This document shows positions 47,086-57,029 of a stretch of 64,000 bases of DNA, piece by piece. Positions within the stretch are counted from its first letter, which is position 1. Each line of letters opens with the position of its first letter. The notes beneath the pieces were generated by a model. The model was not told the DNA's origin, made no database searches, and saw nothing but the letters and a program-made list of their open reading frames with translations. The stretch comes from a candidate division FCPU426 bacterium (GTDB lineage Bacteria > Oederibacteriota > JAAXVQ01 > JAUVAV01). The DNA is taken from positions 1,244,878 through 1,308,877 of the forward strand of contig JBFLYH010000001.1 of the NCBI GenBank assembly GCA_040756875.1, written 5' to 3'. The translations under genes were made by a program, and so were the position numbers.

Positions 47086-48921
47086 TTAAATTTTTAGGGA
47101 TCGGCGGCCAGGGCCAAGGGCGCGGTGGGCTGACCACGCCAGCCAGATAGCGGCCAGGATGATCGCGCCGCTGAGCAGCAGTTCCCAGCGCAGCAGGCGC
47201 GGGACAAAGGACGGCAGCAGGCTGTAGAACGCGCCCCAGGGCGCGAAGATTTCGCCCAGGCGCAGGCGGCTGCTTTCCCAGGTCAGGGGCGGCAGCAGCG
47301 CGAACAACACGGCCATGCCGATGCTCCAGCCGCCGAGCGCGTAGAGGACGCGCCGCCAGGTCTGCGGGACCGCGTCGCTTTCCCACCACCAGGCCAGGCC
47401 CAGGCCCAGCAGCGGCACCACGGGAGCCACGAAACGGTGATAGGCCGCGCCGTCGCCCCAGGGGTCGGGAAAACTCATGGCCGTCAGGACGGCGTTGATG
47501 AACAGCAGGGCCACGGCCGCGACCAGGATGCGCCCGGTCCCGGACCACAGGCGGAGCAGGCCGGACAGGCCCAGGACCCAGACCGGCGCGGTCCACAGAA
47601 TGCCGCTGAAGCGGTCGGTCAACAGGCCCAGCAGGTTCTGCGCGGCGCCGGCCTGCCAGGGCCACATGAGATGATACACCGGATGCCCGAGCAGGAATCC
47701 GTAAATGGAGGAAAAGAACCAGCCCGCGAACACCCCGGGCACCGCGGCCACGACCAGGGCCGCCGGATAATGGATGGTGCGCTGGCGGCAGGCCAGGCGC
47801 CAGGCTAGCACGGCCATGAGCACCGCAGCCGGCGCCACAAACCGGATGCCGCCAAGGAGCAGCAGACCCGAAACCAGGCCCACAGCCGAAGCCGAGGCCG
47901 CGGACGGCTCTTCCTTCCAGGCCAGGCGCAGGCCCCACAGCATGAAGAAGGCGCCGGCCGCGACTTCATATTCAAGGTAGCCGTAGAGCGCCAACGGCAG
48001 GGTGAGCAGGGCCAGGGCCCAGGTCCTGATGCTGCTGCGCTCCGAAAAACCCAGGTCCCGGCAAAAACCGAACAGCTGCGCCGCGGCGCCGGCCGCGAAC
48101 AGCATGGACAGCACGGACATGAGCCAGCGGCCCTGGATCAGGTACAGCAGCAGGAACAGGATGGGCATGCCGGGCGCCGTGGCCAGGTACAGCCGGCCGA
48201 TGCCGTCCGTGTGGCCGTTGAACTCGATGTGCGTGAGGGGGTACCAATCCCGGTAATCCCTGCGGCCGAGCACGCCGTCCACGTTCAGGCTGCTGTCCAT
48301 GGCGATGGATTGCATGAGCAGAAGCTGGGAACGCTCGCCGCCCTGCGGAGCCAGCATGCACGCGGGCCAGGACAGCACGGCCAGGTAGATCAGGACGCCC
48401 GCGGCGAACAGGCGGCCGGCGGTGACGCGTTCAGGATCCGCGGCCAGCAGGCGCGCCACCAGCAGGCCCATTTTGGCCAGGGCCGCGCCCACGATCAGGA
48501 CCCCGGAGGCCAGCAGCACGCTTTTGGCCGCGGCGGACAGCACCACGCCATGGCCCCACCACGGCAGCCAGGTGAAACCGAGCAGGGTCAGGGAAAACGG
48601 TTTGAACGCCGCCGCCAGCCAGGGCGCCAGGGGAATGATCAGCGGCAGCAGGGCCAGAGGCAGGCCGGCCAGCATGTCCTGAAAGCGGTAGTCTTCGGCT
48701 TCCCAGCCGTATTTCAATTCCAGGCGCCAGGCCAGGACGAACGACCAGGTTGCCAGCAGGCCGGACAGGCACACGGCCTTGAAAATGCCCCAGGCCAGGC
48801 TTCCGGTTCCAAAGGCCAGCGCATTGAACCATTCCCACCAGGTGGCCAGGCCCACAGCCTGAATGATTACACCGGCCATGAACAACGCAGGTCGGGGACG
48901 AAGCTGCATGAGGTTCACCAT
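47086..48921 (-). CDS. GT-C-like membrane protein, divergent paralogue of the downstream gene
   Basis: PQGGERSQLLLMQSIAMD, GLLTDRFSG, RFVAPVVP align with the neighbour's motifs. Confidence 0.7.
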   Translation of the reverse strand: MVNLMQLRPRPALFMAGVIIQAVGLATWWEWFNALAFGTGSLAWGIFKAVCLSGLLATWSFVLAWRLELKYGWEAEDYRFQDMLAGLPLALLPLIIPLAPWLAAAFKPFSLTLLGFTWLPWWGHGVVLSAAAKSVLLASGVLIVGAALAKMGLLVARLLAADPERVTAGRLFAAGVLIYLAVLSWPACMLAPQGGERSQLLLMQSIAMDSSLNVDGVLGRRDYRDWYPLTHIEFNGHTDGIGRLYLATAPGMPILFLLLYLIQGRWLMSVLSMLFAAGAAAQLFGFCRDLGFSERSSIRTWALALLTLPLALYGYLEYEVAAGAFFMLWGLRLAWKEEPSAASASAVGLVSGLLLLGGIRFVAPAAVLMAVLAWRLACRQRTIHYPAALVVAAVPGVFAGWFFSSIYGFLLGHPVYHLMWPWQAGAAQNLLGLLTDRFSGILWTAPVWVLGLSGLLRLWSGTGRILVAAVALLFINAVLTAMSFPDPWGDGAAYHRFVAPVVPLLGLGLAWWWESDAVPQTWRRVLYALGGWSIGMAVLFALLPPLTWESSRLRLGEIFAPWGAFYSLLPSFVPRLLRWELLLSGAIILAAIWLAWSAHRALGPGRRSLKI

Positions 48922-51815
48922 CCTCGGAGGTTGATGTATTTATATATCGTTACTGCCTCGTTGGCGAAAACCGGCTTAAGCGGCACCCCGGCCGGATCGA
49001 ACGGCAGCGTCCGGCTCGCATCCAGAATAACATAAGTGATGCCCGCTTTTTCGAGAAAATCACGCGCCTCCACCACATTGGCCGAGAGGTAGAAATGCCT
49101 GGCCGCGGCCATCCGTTCCTTGACCGGGTGCCCCATGATCTGCGAGGACACCGTGTCCTCGAGATAGGTGTTGGTAAAAGCCAGGCTCGCCACCAGAGCC
49201 GAATCCGGCCATAAATACCCGCCTGCAGAGGCGGCAGCCGCTTCCCTGGCCGCGGGTTCAGGCTCTGCGGTGGCAGCCGGCGTGGCAGCCGGCGTGGCAG
49301 CAGGCGTGGCAGCAGGCTGCGGAGTGGCCGTGGCAGCCAGAACCACGGCTGCAGGCTGGTTCCGCAAGCGCTCCAGTTGGTCCTGCACCCCGGCCAGGGA
49401 GCGTTCGACGGACCGCTGCTTGCGCTCCAGTCTCTGCACGGCTTCCTGTGCCCGCTGTTTCGCTTGCGCCACGGCCTCGGCGCGGCGCTGGGCGTTTTGC
49501 AGGGGCGTGGCTTTCGTCGGGACCGGCGTGGGCCTGGGGGCAACAACCGCTTCAGCGGTTTCCGTACTGCCCTGCGGCGCGCTGGCTTCGGCTTCTGCGC
49601 TGGCTTCGGCCGCCGGTTCTGGCTGGGATTCATCCTCTGGCCCGGCCGTTGCTTCGGCACCCGGCTCAGGGGCCGTAGCGGGTGCAGGCTCCGATTCCGC
49701 GCCCTCAGGCGCCGGGGAGGCGGGCTCCGGCGCCTGCTCCTCGGCAGGAGCCGCGCGTTTGAGCGCTTCGACCTGGCGCCTGGCCGCCTGGTCCGCGGTT
49801 TCCGCGGTTTCCAAATCCTGCCGGGCCTGGTTCAAATCCCTCTCCACCCGGACCTGCCGGTTCTGCCATTCCGTCTTCTGCGCCATGAGGTCGGCCAGTT
49901 TGAGTTCGACCTCCGCGGGCGTTTGCGCCATGGGGGCCGGTGTCGGCGCCAGCGAGGGAACTTGGGTCGGCGCCAGGGTGGGAGCCGGGGTCGGCATCGG
50001 CGCCGCGGCTTGAGCGACCCCGGTCTGTCCCTGGGCCATGGCCGTGGCCTCGGCGTTCCACACGTCGAGCGAAGTCATGGCGCCGCGCTCCTGGTTGCGC
50101 AGCCATTGCCGGTAGCCGTCGGCCGTCAGCAACGCGTTCGGCAGCGGCCGCAGGATCACTTCCTGCGGCCTGGCTTCCCGCCTCAGCCACAGCATGGCTT
50201 CGGCCAGGGGCTTGGGCACGTCCTCCTTGAACCCGATCACGATCCACGCTTCGATCAGGCCCGGCGCGCCCAGGGCGAAGAACAAGCCGGCCAGAACCAA
50301 ATGCCAGGGCTTGGCCAGGCTGGACATCCACGACCACAGGGCCGAAGCCGCGGGCAGGGCCGTGATCAGCGCGGCGTAGTAGAAAAACTGGATGGTGTTC
50401 CACTGTACGCCCCGCTGCACGAACAGCAGGGGCGCGGCCCAGGCCGCCAGCACCAGCATCAGCATGAACAGGAGCACGGGCTCGGCGCGGCGCGGCTTGC
50501 GCACGACTTCCATCATGGGCAGCAGGCCCAGCACCCGCACGCCCAGGTTCCCCACCAGGAACACCACGGCCAGCACGGCCAGGAGCAGGGCCACGAGCCA
50601 GGGGTAATGCGCGTACAGGAGCTTGAGCGTGGCCGACGACATCAGGGCCATGCGGTCCGGCGCCACCAGCATGGTGGCCACGTTGAACCCGGGCAGGAAC
50701 CGCACCAGCGAGGGCGCGCCCGCGTTCGGCGGCAGGAACACGGCCAGGAACACGGGCAGGATCGCGGCCCAGGCCCATAGGGGCCGCAGGTCGCGGTTGA
50801 ACCACCAGCGCCAGGCGGCCGTGGCCAGGAGCGCGCTCATGACCAGGAGCGCGGGATACACCTTGAAGCCGGGCAGCACGCCCCAATACAGCACCAGCAG
50901 CGGCAGCCAGCGCCATTCGCGCGAGCGCAGCCAGCCGGTCAGGGCCCACAGGCCGAGCAGCACGAAGGCAAAAGACGAGGACACGCCGGGATTGAAGATC
51001 ATGGTGACCGGCGACTGGACCCAGAAGACCGCGTCCCAGTAGAAGTAGTGGCTCGCGCCGAACAGCAGGGGCATGATGTAGCCGAAATTGGAGCAGAACA
51101 GCGTGATGGCCGCGGCCAGGTAGGCCACGGGCCGCCGGCCGGACCAGCGCAGGCCGGCCGCGAACACCGAGAGCGTGAGCAGGGCCGAATACAGCATGGG
51201 CGCGAAGCGGAAGTAGCAGTGCCACGGGTCCAGGGGCAGGAACCGCCGGAACGCGCCCCAGACCAGCGAGGACAGCAGGTGGTAGTTGCGCAGGGGTTCG
51301 CCGGCAAACCCGGGCATTTCCGGCGGGAAGCGGCGGTTGAGCTGGAAGATGTTGAAGATGTGCCAGGGCGCGTCGTGCCCGTGCCAGGCCATGAGGCTGC
51401 CGCCGTTCGCCCCGATCCAGCCCGTGGCCACGGTGAACCGGCCCTGGGCTAGGAGCCCGGCCAGGAGCAGCAGGCCGAGCGGCCAGTAATCCGCAAGCGT
51501 CTGGGGGCGCGGCACGTCCGGGTCCACGGGCTCCAACCGCCAGTCCCGGCGGAACAGGACCAGCAGGGTCAGTTCCGCAGCCGCGGCGCCCAGGCCGTAC
51601 ACCCACACCAGGCCCGGAAGCCCGATCAGGTTAAAGCACCAGTACAGGAGCGCGAGCAGGCCCAGCCCGGCCACCCAGGCATTGGCGAATTCCTCCACCG
51701 GGTTGAGGTCCAGCTTGAGGAAGCGCAGCAACAGCCGGCCGGGCAGGTACAGCAAGCCGGTTGCCAGCACGGCCGCGCCGATAAGCTGCCACAGGAAGGA
51801 GCCGGCGGTCATCAT
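48915..51815 (-). CDS. Large GT-C-like membrane protein with a coiled-coil/low-complexity insertion
   Basis: HDAPWH, LRNYHLLS, GFKVY, WNTIQF; start ATG 51815 overlaps the upstream stop (ATGA). Confidence 0.72.
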   Translation of the reverse strand: MMTAGSFLWQLIGAAVLATGLLYLPGRLLLRFLKLDLNPVEEFANAWVAGLGLLALLYWCFNLIGLPGLVWVYGLGAAAAELTLLVLFRRDWRLEPVDPDVPRPQTLADYWPLGLLLLAGLLAQGRFTVATGWIGANGGSLMAWHGHDAPWHIFNIFQLNRRFPPEMPGFAGEPLRNYHLLSSLVWGAFRRFLPLDPWHCYFRFAPMLYSALLTLSVFAAGLRWSGRRPVAYLAAAITLFCSNFGYIMPLLFGASHYFYWDAVFWVQSPVTMIFNPGVSSSFAFVLLGLWALTGWLRSREWRWLPLLVLYWGVLPGFKVYPALLVMSALLATAAWRWWFNRDLRPLWAWAAILPVFLAVFLPPNAGAPSLVRFLPGFNVATMLVAPDRMALMSSATLKLLYAHYPWLVALLLAVLAVVFLVGNLGVRVLGLLPMMEVVRKPRRAEPVLLFMLMLVLAAWAAPLLFVQRGVQWNTIQFFYYAALITALPAASALWSWMSSLAKPWHLVLAGLFFALGAPGLIEAWIVIGFKEDVPKPLAEAMLWLRREARPQEVILRPLPNALLTADGYRQWLRNQERGAMTSLDVWNAEATAMAQGQTGVAQAAAPMPTPAPTLAPTQVPSLAPTPAPMAQTPAEVELKLADLMAQKTEWQNRQVRVERDLNQARQDLETAETADQAARRQVEALKRAAPAEEQAPEPASPAPEGAESEPAPATAPEPGAEATAGPEDESQPEPAAEASAEAEASAPQGSTETAEAVVAPRPTPVPTKATPLQNAQRRAEAVAQAKQRAQEAVQRLERKQRSVERSLAGVQDQLERLRNQPAAVVLAATATPQPAATPAATPAATPAATAEPEPAAREAAAASAGGYLWPDSALVASLAFTNTYLEDTVSSQIMGHPVKERMAAARHFYLSANVVEARDFLEKAGITYVILDASRTLPFDPAGVPLKPVFANEAVTIYKYINLRGW

Positions 51816-52597
51816 GGCTTGGCTCCGGCCGCAGCGGGCTTGCGGGCCGCGCACACCGCGGACACGCCCCACGGCAGCCTTCCGATCAGAATAAGGCGGG
51901 TCTCGATCCGGAGCAGGCCGGCGAACAGTGCGGACAGCCAGGGATGCGGCAGATACGTGTTGGTGCGGATGCGCGGCACGGGTTCCCGGCCCAGCAGCCG
52001 TCGCCAGCCGAGCAGCCAGCGGTAGGGCCAGTAGTAGAAAGCGTTGGCATACGAGGCTTTCAGGACCTGGAACCCGGCGCGCGCCACGCTCTGAGCCAGC
52101 TCTTCGATGCGGTAGCGCCGCCGGTGGGCCAGGCGCTGGTCGCGCTCGCTCCACAGGCGCTGGTCGGCCGGCACGGTCAGGATCAGCAGGCCGCCCGGCT
52201 TGAGCACGCGCCAGGCCGAAGCCAGCGCGGTCTCCGGTTCCTCCAGGTGTTCCAGAATCTCCACGGCGGTCACGAGATCGAAGGTCTCCGCTTCGAAAGG
52301 TTCCAGGTGCGTGGCATCGCCCAGGACCAGGCGTTCGGCCGGCTGGCCGGCTGTGCGGCACAGGGCGATGGCCTCGGACGAGCAATCCAGACCCCAGGCT
52401 TCGCCCCAGGCGCCCAAAAACGAAAGCGTGCCCCCGGCCGCGCAACCCACGTCCAATATCCTATACCCCGGATCAGGCAAATGGCGCCCGCTGAATTTGC
52501 GGATCAGGCCCAGCACCAGGTGCTGCCGGCCCTGGTTCCACCAGTAGCCGCTGCCCGCTGTTGCCAGGTCGTGGTAGATTTGCCGGTCCATCAACAC
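51812..52597 (-). CDS. Class I SAM-dependent methyltransferase
   Basis: YWWNQGR, ILDVGCAAG, EILEHL, LKPGGLLILTVPA..LWS..D...HRRRY. Confidence 0.92.
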   Translation of the reverse strand: MLMDRQIYHDLATAGSGYWWNQGRQHLVLGLIRKFSGRHLPDPGYRILDVGCAAGGTLSFLGAWGEAWGLDCSSEAIALCRTAGQPAERLVLGDATHLEPFEAETFDLVTAVEILEHLEEPETALASAWRVLKPGGLLILTVPADQRLWSERDQRLAHRRRYRIEELAQSVARAGFQVLKASYANAFYYWPYRWLLGWRRLLGREPVPRIRTNTYLPHPWLSALFAGLLRIETRLILIGRLPWGVSAVCAARKPAAAGAKP

Positions 52598-52626
52598 CTC
52601 GCCCTTCGTTCACTCACGTTCATTCC

Positions 52627-52656
52627 GGTAGGGGCGTTCAATTGAACGCCCCTACC
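52627..52656. repeat. Perfect 30-bp GTAG-type REP palindrome
   Basis: GGTAGGGGCGTTCAATTGAACGCCCCTACC. Confidence 0.85.
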
Positions 52657-52666
52657 TCAAACGAAA

Positions 52667-54079
52667 TCAACCAGCTTTCTTTCCAAGGTTCAGCGCATCC
52701 GCGACCACGCCCACCCCGTCTGCGAGCTGGGAGCGGAAATCCCACCAGGAGCGCAGGGTGAACAGCCTGCGGGCCAGGTAGCCTGGGCGCAGGTAAAACC
52801 GCCTCACCGCCTCCCGCCGCAGAGCCAGGATGCGCTCCGCCGGCAGTTCACGCGTGGCCATGGCGCCCTGCAGTCCGGACTGATCCATGGTGCGCACGCT
52901 GGGCTGAATCAGGCCCTGGCTGATGGCCTGGGCCCTGAGCCCGGTGTTGGCCCTGGGGATGGCCACGTTGAAGGCTACGTAATCCAGGGGCAGTTCCAGG
53001 GCCAGGCGGATGGTTTCCCGCGCCTGCGCCTCGGTCTCGCCCGGCAATCCCAGCATGAACGTGGCCGCGGCGCGGATGCCGCTGGCCCGGCAGGCGGCCA
53101 GGGTCTCGCGAATGCGTCCCAGCGGGATGTTTTTATGGTACTGCTGCAAGGTCTGCTCGCTGCCGCTTTCCACGCCGAAAATGATCGTATGGCAGCCGGC
53201 CCGGGCCATGGCCGCGAGCAACTCGGCATCCAGGACGTCGGCGCGGGAAAAACAGGACCAGTGGAAGCGGAACGGCCGGCGCCCCAGCATTTCGCACAGG
53301 GCCAGGGTGCGGTCGCGCCGCACGCCGAAAGTCTGGTCCAGGAAAAAAATTTCCCGCACGCCCTGTTGGTGCAGGCCCTTCAGTTCCTCCTCCAGGTCCG
53401 GCAGGGGCCGCACGCCGAAGCCCAGGCCCGGAATCACGCAGAAATCGCAGCGGAACGGGCAGCCGTAATCCGTCAGCATGGCGGTCAGCGGATGCCCGAC
53501 CGCGAAGGGAAAACGGTAGCGCCGCAAGGGGAACCATTCGTGCCGCGGCCTGGGCACGCGGTAATGGGCCGGCACCGGCTCCAGCCCGTTGCCAATCCAC
53601 TTTCCGCTCGGGTCCCGGTAGCGGATGTTCGCCAGTGGCCGGCCTTGGGGCCCGGCCAGCAGGTCGAGCAATCCCGGCGCGATGAAGCTGAAGAGCGCCG
53701 CGTCCAGGGCCGGCGCCTCGGCCAGACGGCTGTCCGTGTCCTCCAGGAGCACGTCGCCCAGGCCGACCAGCAGCGCCTGCGGGGCCGCCTGCCGGAGGCG
53801 GTCCAGGAACGCCCGGTCCTCGTCCCAGGAAGCCGCGCCCACCAGGCTCACCACGGCGTCGGGCGCGAAGCGCGCGATGCGCCGCAAACTCTCTTCCGGC
53901 GCGAGCCGCTCCACGATCGCGTCCTGCACCGCCACGTCGTGCCCGCCGGCCAGGAGGCCCGAGAGCATGATCAGGGCCACGGGCGGCGAAATGTAATTGG
54001 ACTTCGCGAGCTTGGAGCAGAAGTAGTCGCGGATGTAATTTTGCGAACCCGGCGGGTTCAGCAGCAGTACGCGGCTCAT
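52667..54079 (-). CDS. B12-binding-type radical SAM protein
   Basis: LLLNPP, YISPPVAL, YGCPFRCDFC, DQTF, GVESG. Confidence 0.9.
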   Translation of the reverse strand: MSRVLLLNPPGSQNYIRDYFCSKLAKSNYISPPVALIMLSGLLAGGHDVAVQDAIVERLAPEESLRRIARFAPDAVVSLVGAASWDEDRAFLDRLRQAAPQALLVGLGDVLLEDTDSRLAEAPALDAALFSFIAPGLLDLLAGPQGRPLANIRYRDPSGKWIGNGLEPVPAHYRVPRPRHEWFPLRRYRFPFAVGHPLTAMLTDYGCPFRCDFCVIPGLGFGVRPLPDLEEELKGLHQQGVREIFFLDQTFGVRRDRTLALCEMLGRRPFRFHWSCFSRADVLDAELLAAMARAGCHTIIFGVESGSEQTLQQYHKNIPLGRIRETLAACRASGIRAAATFMLGLPGETEAQARETIRLALELPLDYVAFNVAIPRANTGLRAQAISQGLIQPSVRTMDQSGLQGAMATRELPAERILALRREAVRRFYLRPGYLARRLFTLRSWWDFRSQLADGVGVVADALNLGKKAG

Positions 54080-54102
54080 GCATTCACCAGGAAGTAGTGT
54101 TC

Positions 54103-54277
54103 GTCATTGCGAGCGAAGCGAAGCAATCCGTGTTTCCAAGTGGAGTGCCCCCCGGACTAAAGTCCGGGGCTCCCTCCCTCCGCAAACTAATCCCGCAATC
54201 CTCTCCCCGGGCTGAAGCCCGGGGATTCCTGCGGAGGGATTGAGATTGCTTCGTCCCCCTTGGGGACTCGCAATGAC
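54103..54277. repeat. Composite palindromic repeat: GTCATTGCGAG...CTCGCAATGAC with nested CCCCGG hairpins
   Basis: 11-bp terminal inverted repeat, GAAGCAATC/GATTGCTTC inner pair, two hairpins matching 12245-12290. Confidence 0.8.
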
Positions 54278-54284
54278 AATAAAA

Positions 54285-55088
54285 TCATTTTTTCACCGCT
54301 GTCACGTGCGCGCCCATGGCGCCCTGTTCCCCGCGCCGCAGGCTGCCCTCCAGCCACGAAGCGGCCGAAAGCAGGCGGCGCGCCAGGCGCAGGAACCATC
54401 CCGCCAAGCCTCCGCCCGGCCGCAGCGATTGCGCGGCCCACAAGGCGGCCGGATCGGCTGAACGCTCCAGGCGGCTGAAAAACAGGTAATCCAGCTGCTG
54501 GGTCAGCCAGTAATCCGCATGGCGCACCCCGCGCACTTCGAAACCGGCCAGGACCAGGCGCGCGAGCAGGTCCAGGGTGGCGAACTGCTGGCAGTGACCG
54601 CCCCACTTGGCCTTGAGTTCGTGGCCGCGGCGCGCGTACACGGTCCTGGGATTGCCCTCGCACGGCACGTATAGGTGCAGTACGCCTCCCGGCGCCAGCA
54701 CGCGGCTGCATTCCCGCAGCACGCCGTCCGGATCAGGCACGTGTTCCAGAATATCGAAGCCCAGCACCGCCGAAAAATACCCGGCCGGGTAGGGCAGCCG
54801 GGCCGCGTCCGCCTGGCGGCAGTCCAGCCCGGATTCACGCGTGACCACGGCCACGGCCTCGGGGTCCAGGTCCACGCCGTGCAGTTCCAAGTCCGGCCGC
54901 CGCCGTTTCAGGCCGCGCAGGTATTGTCCTCCGCCGCAGCCCAGTTCCAGCACCCGGCCGCGCACCTTGGCCAGGGCCGCGAGCGCCCGCGCGAACTTGA
55001 GCCCCGAGAGCGACAGCGCGCGCGGGCTGGCTTCGCCCCGGCCGAAGACAAACCCCTGGGGATAGGGATTGCGCGGCGCAACAATCAC
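54285..55088 (-). CDS. Class I SAM-dependent methyltransferase
   Basis: VLELGCGGG, GVDL, DAARLPY, DILEHVPDP, RVLAPGG. Confidence 0.9.
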   Translation of the reverse strand: MIVAPRNPYPQGFVFGRGEASPRALSLSGLKFARALAALAKVRGRVLELGCGGGQYLRGLKRRRPDLELHGVDLDPEAVAVVTRESGLDCRQADAARLPYPAGYFSAVLGFDILEHVPDPDGVLRECSRVLAPGGVLHLYVPCEGNPRTVYARRGHELKAKWGGHCQQFATLDLLARLVLAGFEVRGVRHADYWLTQQLDYLFFSRLERSADPAALWAAQSLRPGGGLAGWFLRLARRLLSAASWLEGSLRRGEQGAMGAHVTAVKK

Positions 55089-55912
55089 TTTTTTATCCTG
55101 CGACGGGACCGGGGCCCGTTCTTGGGCCCGGTTGGTTCGCCGGGATGGATTTCCACCCGGCGCAGGCTGGAGAACAGGAACTTGATGATCAGGGTCATGA
55201 GAAAGCTCTGGATCATGATGCGCCAGGAAAACGTGGACTTGCCCTGCTCGCGGTCCTTGAACACAATGGGGATCTCGCGCACCGTGAAACCCAGGAGCAG
55301 GGCTTTGTACAGCAGCTCCTGCACGATTGAGGGGCCCAGGGACACGGTGTTGTCCATTTTCACGGCTTCGAGCACGCGGCGGTGGAAAAGGCGGTAGCCC
55401 GAGGTGCAGTCGTGCACCTGCCGCAGGCCCAGGATGCGGCGGATGTAGAAGTTCGCCAGGCGGGTGATGCCGTGGCGGAGCCAGCCGCGGTTCAGGTCCC
55501 TGCCGCCGGCTACGAAGCGCGAGCCCACGACCACGTCCGCCTCCCGCGCCGCGGCGATCAGGTCCGGCAGGTGGCGGGGATGGTGGGAAAAATCCGCGTC
55601 CATTTCCACGATCAGGTCCGCGCCCTTGGCCAGCGAGGCCTTGAAGCCCGCGATGCCGGCCGTGCCGCGCCCGCGCTCGTGCAGGCGGTGGACCACGTGC
55701 AGGTGCGGCCGGGTCCGGGCCAGGCGGTCCGCGAGTTTGCCCGTGCCGTCCGGCGAATTGTCGTCCACCACCACGATGGACAGGCGCGGGATTTTGAGGG
55801 CGTCGATGCTTTCGATCAGGGTGGGCAGGTTGTTGCTCTCGTTATAGGTCGGGATCATGACGAACACCGCGGGGCCGCGCCCCGCTTCCGGCCGGCGCGC
55901 GCGGGCGGTCAT
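55085..55912 (-). CDS. Polyprenol monophosphomannose synthase-like GT2
   Basis: IPTYNE, VVDDNSPDGTG, EMDADFSHHP, GSRF, DCTSGYR, EIPIVFKDR..GKS. Confidence 0.92.
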   Translation of the reverse strand: MTARARRPEAGRGPAVFVMIPTYNESNNLPTLIESIDALKIPRLSIVVVDDNSPDGTGKLADRLARTRPHLHVVHRLHERGRGTAGIAGFKASLAKGADLIVEMDADFSHHPRHLPDLIAAAREADVVVGSRFVAGGRDLNRGWLRHGITRLANFYIRRILGLRQVHDCTSGYRLFHRRVLEAVKMDNTVSLGPSIVQELLYKALLLGFTVREIPIVFKDREQGKSTFSWRIMIQSFLMTLIIKFLFSSLRRVEIHPGEPTGPKNGPRSRRRIKK

Positions 55913-57027
55913 GCGGCGCCCAGCCACGCGCGGCGGACGGCCTGCCACACGGTCTCCGCGTCCAGCTGTTCCATGCAGTTGGGATGCTTATCGCACTCGC
56001 GCCGGTAGCAGGGCGCGCAGCCCGCGGGCGACACCAGCTTTTCTCCCGGCGCAGGCACCCCGATCTCCTGGTGGACCGTGGGTCCGAACAAGGCCACCAC
56101 CGGGCGCTTGACCGCCAGGGCCAGGTGCAGGGCCACAGTGTCGCCGGTCACCACCACCCGGCAGGCTTCGAGCAAGCCGGCGAACTCGCGCAAGGTATGC
56201 GCGCCGCGCGTGTCCAGGAGCGGGGTTTTGGCCAGGCTGCGGATGCGGGCGTTGAGGCGACGCTCCTGCGGCCCGCCCAGCAGCAGCACGCGGGCCTTGA
56301 GTTCCCGGCGGGCGCGGCGCGCGAGCGCCGCAAAACCGTCCGGTGTCCAGGATTTGTTGGCGAACGCGGCCCCGCTGCCCGTGAACAGCCCCAGCAGGCG
56401 CTCGCCCCGGGCCACGCGGTTGCGTTTGAGGAAGGCGCGGGCCGCCTGCCGGTCAACGTCCGTCAGGCTGAAGGCATAGGGTTCGCCCCGGTACTGCAGC
56501 CCCGCGGCTTCGAAAATGATTTCCGGGTAGGTTTTCAGGTTCCGGCGGAACTTGAGCTCGTCGCTGACGCCCAAGGCCAGGGAATACTCCGCCTCGGGCG
56601 TGAACGGCCGGGGCGTGCCCGTGCCGTCCGGGGCCAGGCCCCAGCCCCGCTTCTCGCGGGCCGCGATCCGCTCGGCCAGGCCCAGGGCCCAGGGCTCCTT
56701 GTCCAGGCAGACGAGCAGTTCGAACGGGCGGGCCAGGAGTTCCTGCGCGCTCTCCAGACTCCAGGCCAGCACGCGGTCCAGGCTGGGAAGCCCTTGCAGC
56801 AGTTCCGTGGATTCGGGCGCGGTCAGCCAGGTCAGGTGCGCGTCCGGATAAGCGCGGCGCAGGCCGGCGATCAGGGGCGTGGTGCGCAGCACGTCGCCGC
56901 GCGCGCCCAGCTTGATGACGAGCAGGCGCGGCCCGAGCGGCTGAAAGGCGGAGCAGCCTTCGCACAGCCGGTTTTCCCGGCACGGCTTGTCGCCCCGCCA
57001 CCAGCGGCAGTTCGTGTGAAAGACCAC
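55909..57027 (-). CDS. Glycosyltransferase family 9 (heptosyltransferase-like)
   Basis: IKLGARGDVLRTTP, VTGDTVALHLA, LFGPT, CAPC. Confidence 0.92.
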   Translation of the reverse strand: MVFHTNCRWWRGDKPCRENRLCEGCSAFQPLGPRLLVIKLGARGDVLRTTPLIAGLRRAYPDAHLTWLTAPESTELLQGLPSLDRVLAWSLESAQELLARPFELLVCLDKEPWALGLAERIAAREKRGWGLAPDGTGTPRPFTPEAEYSLALGVSDELKFRRNLKTYPEIIFEAAGLQYRGEPYAFSLTDVDRQAARAFLKRNRVARGERLLGLFTGSGAAFANKSWTPDGFAALARRARRELKARVLLLGGPQERRLNARIRSLAKTPLLDTRGAHTLREFAGLLEACRVVVTGDTVALHLALAVKRPVVALFGPTVHQEIGVPAPGEKLVSPAGCAPCYRRECDKHPNCMEQLDAETVWQAVRRAWLGAA

Positions 57028-57029
57028 TC

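Noticed and set aside
51816-52445. N-terminal extensions of ORF-track calls (48915-52445, 39077-40936, 57760-60219, 22715-23644)
   Set aside because: Extensions overlap neighbouring genes or repeats; downstream starts with an RBS or stop-start overlap fit better
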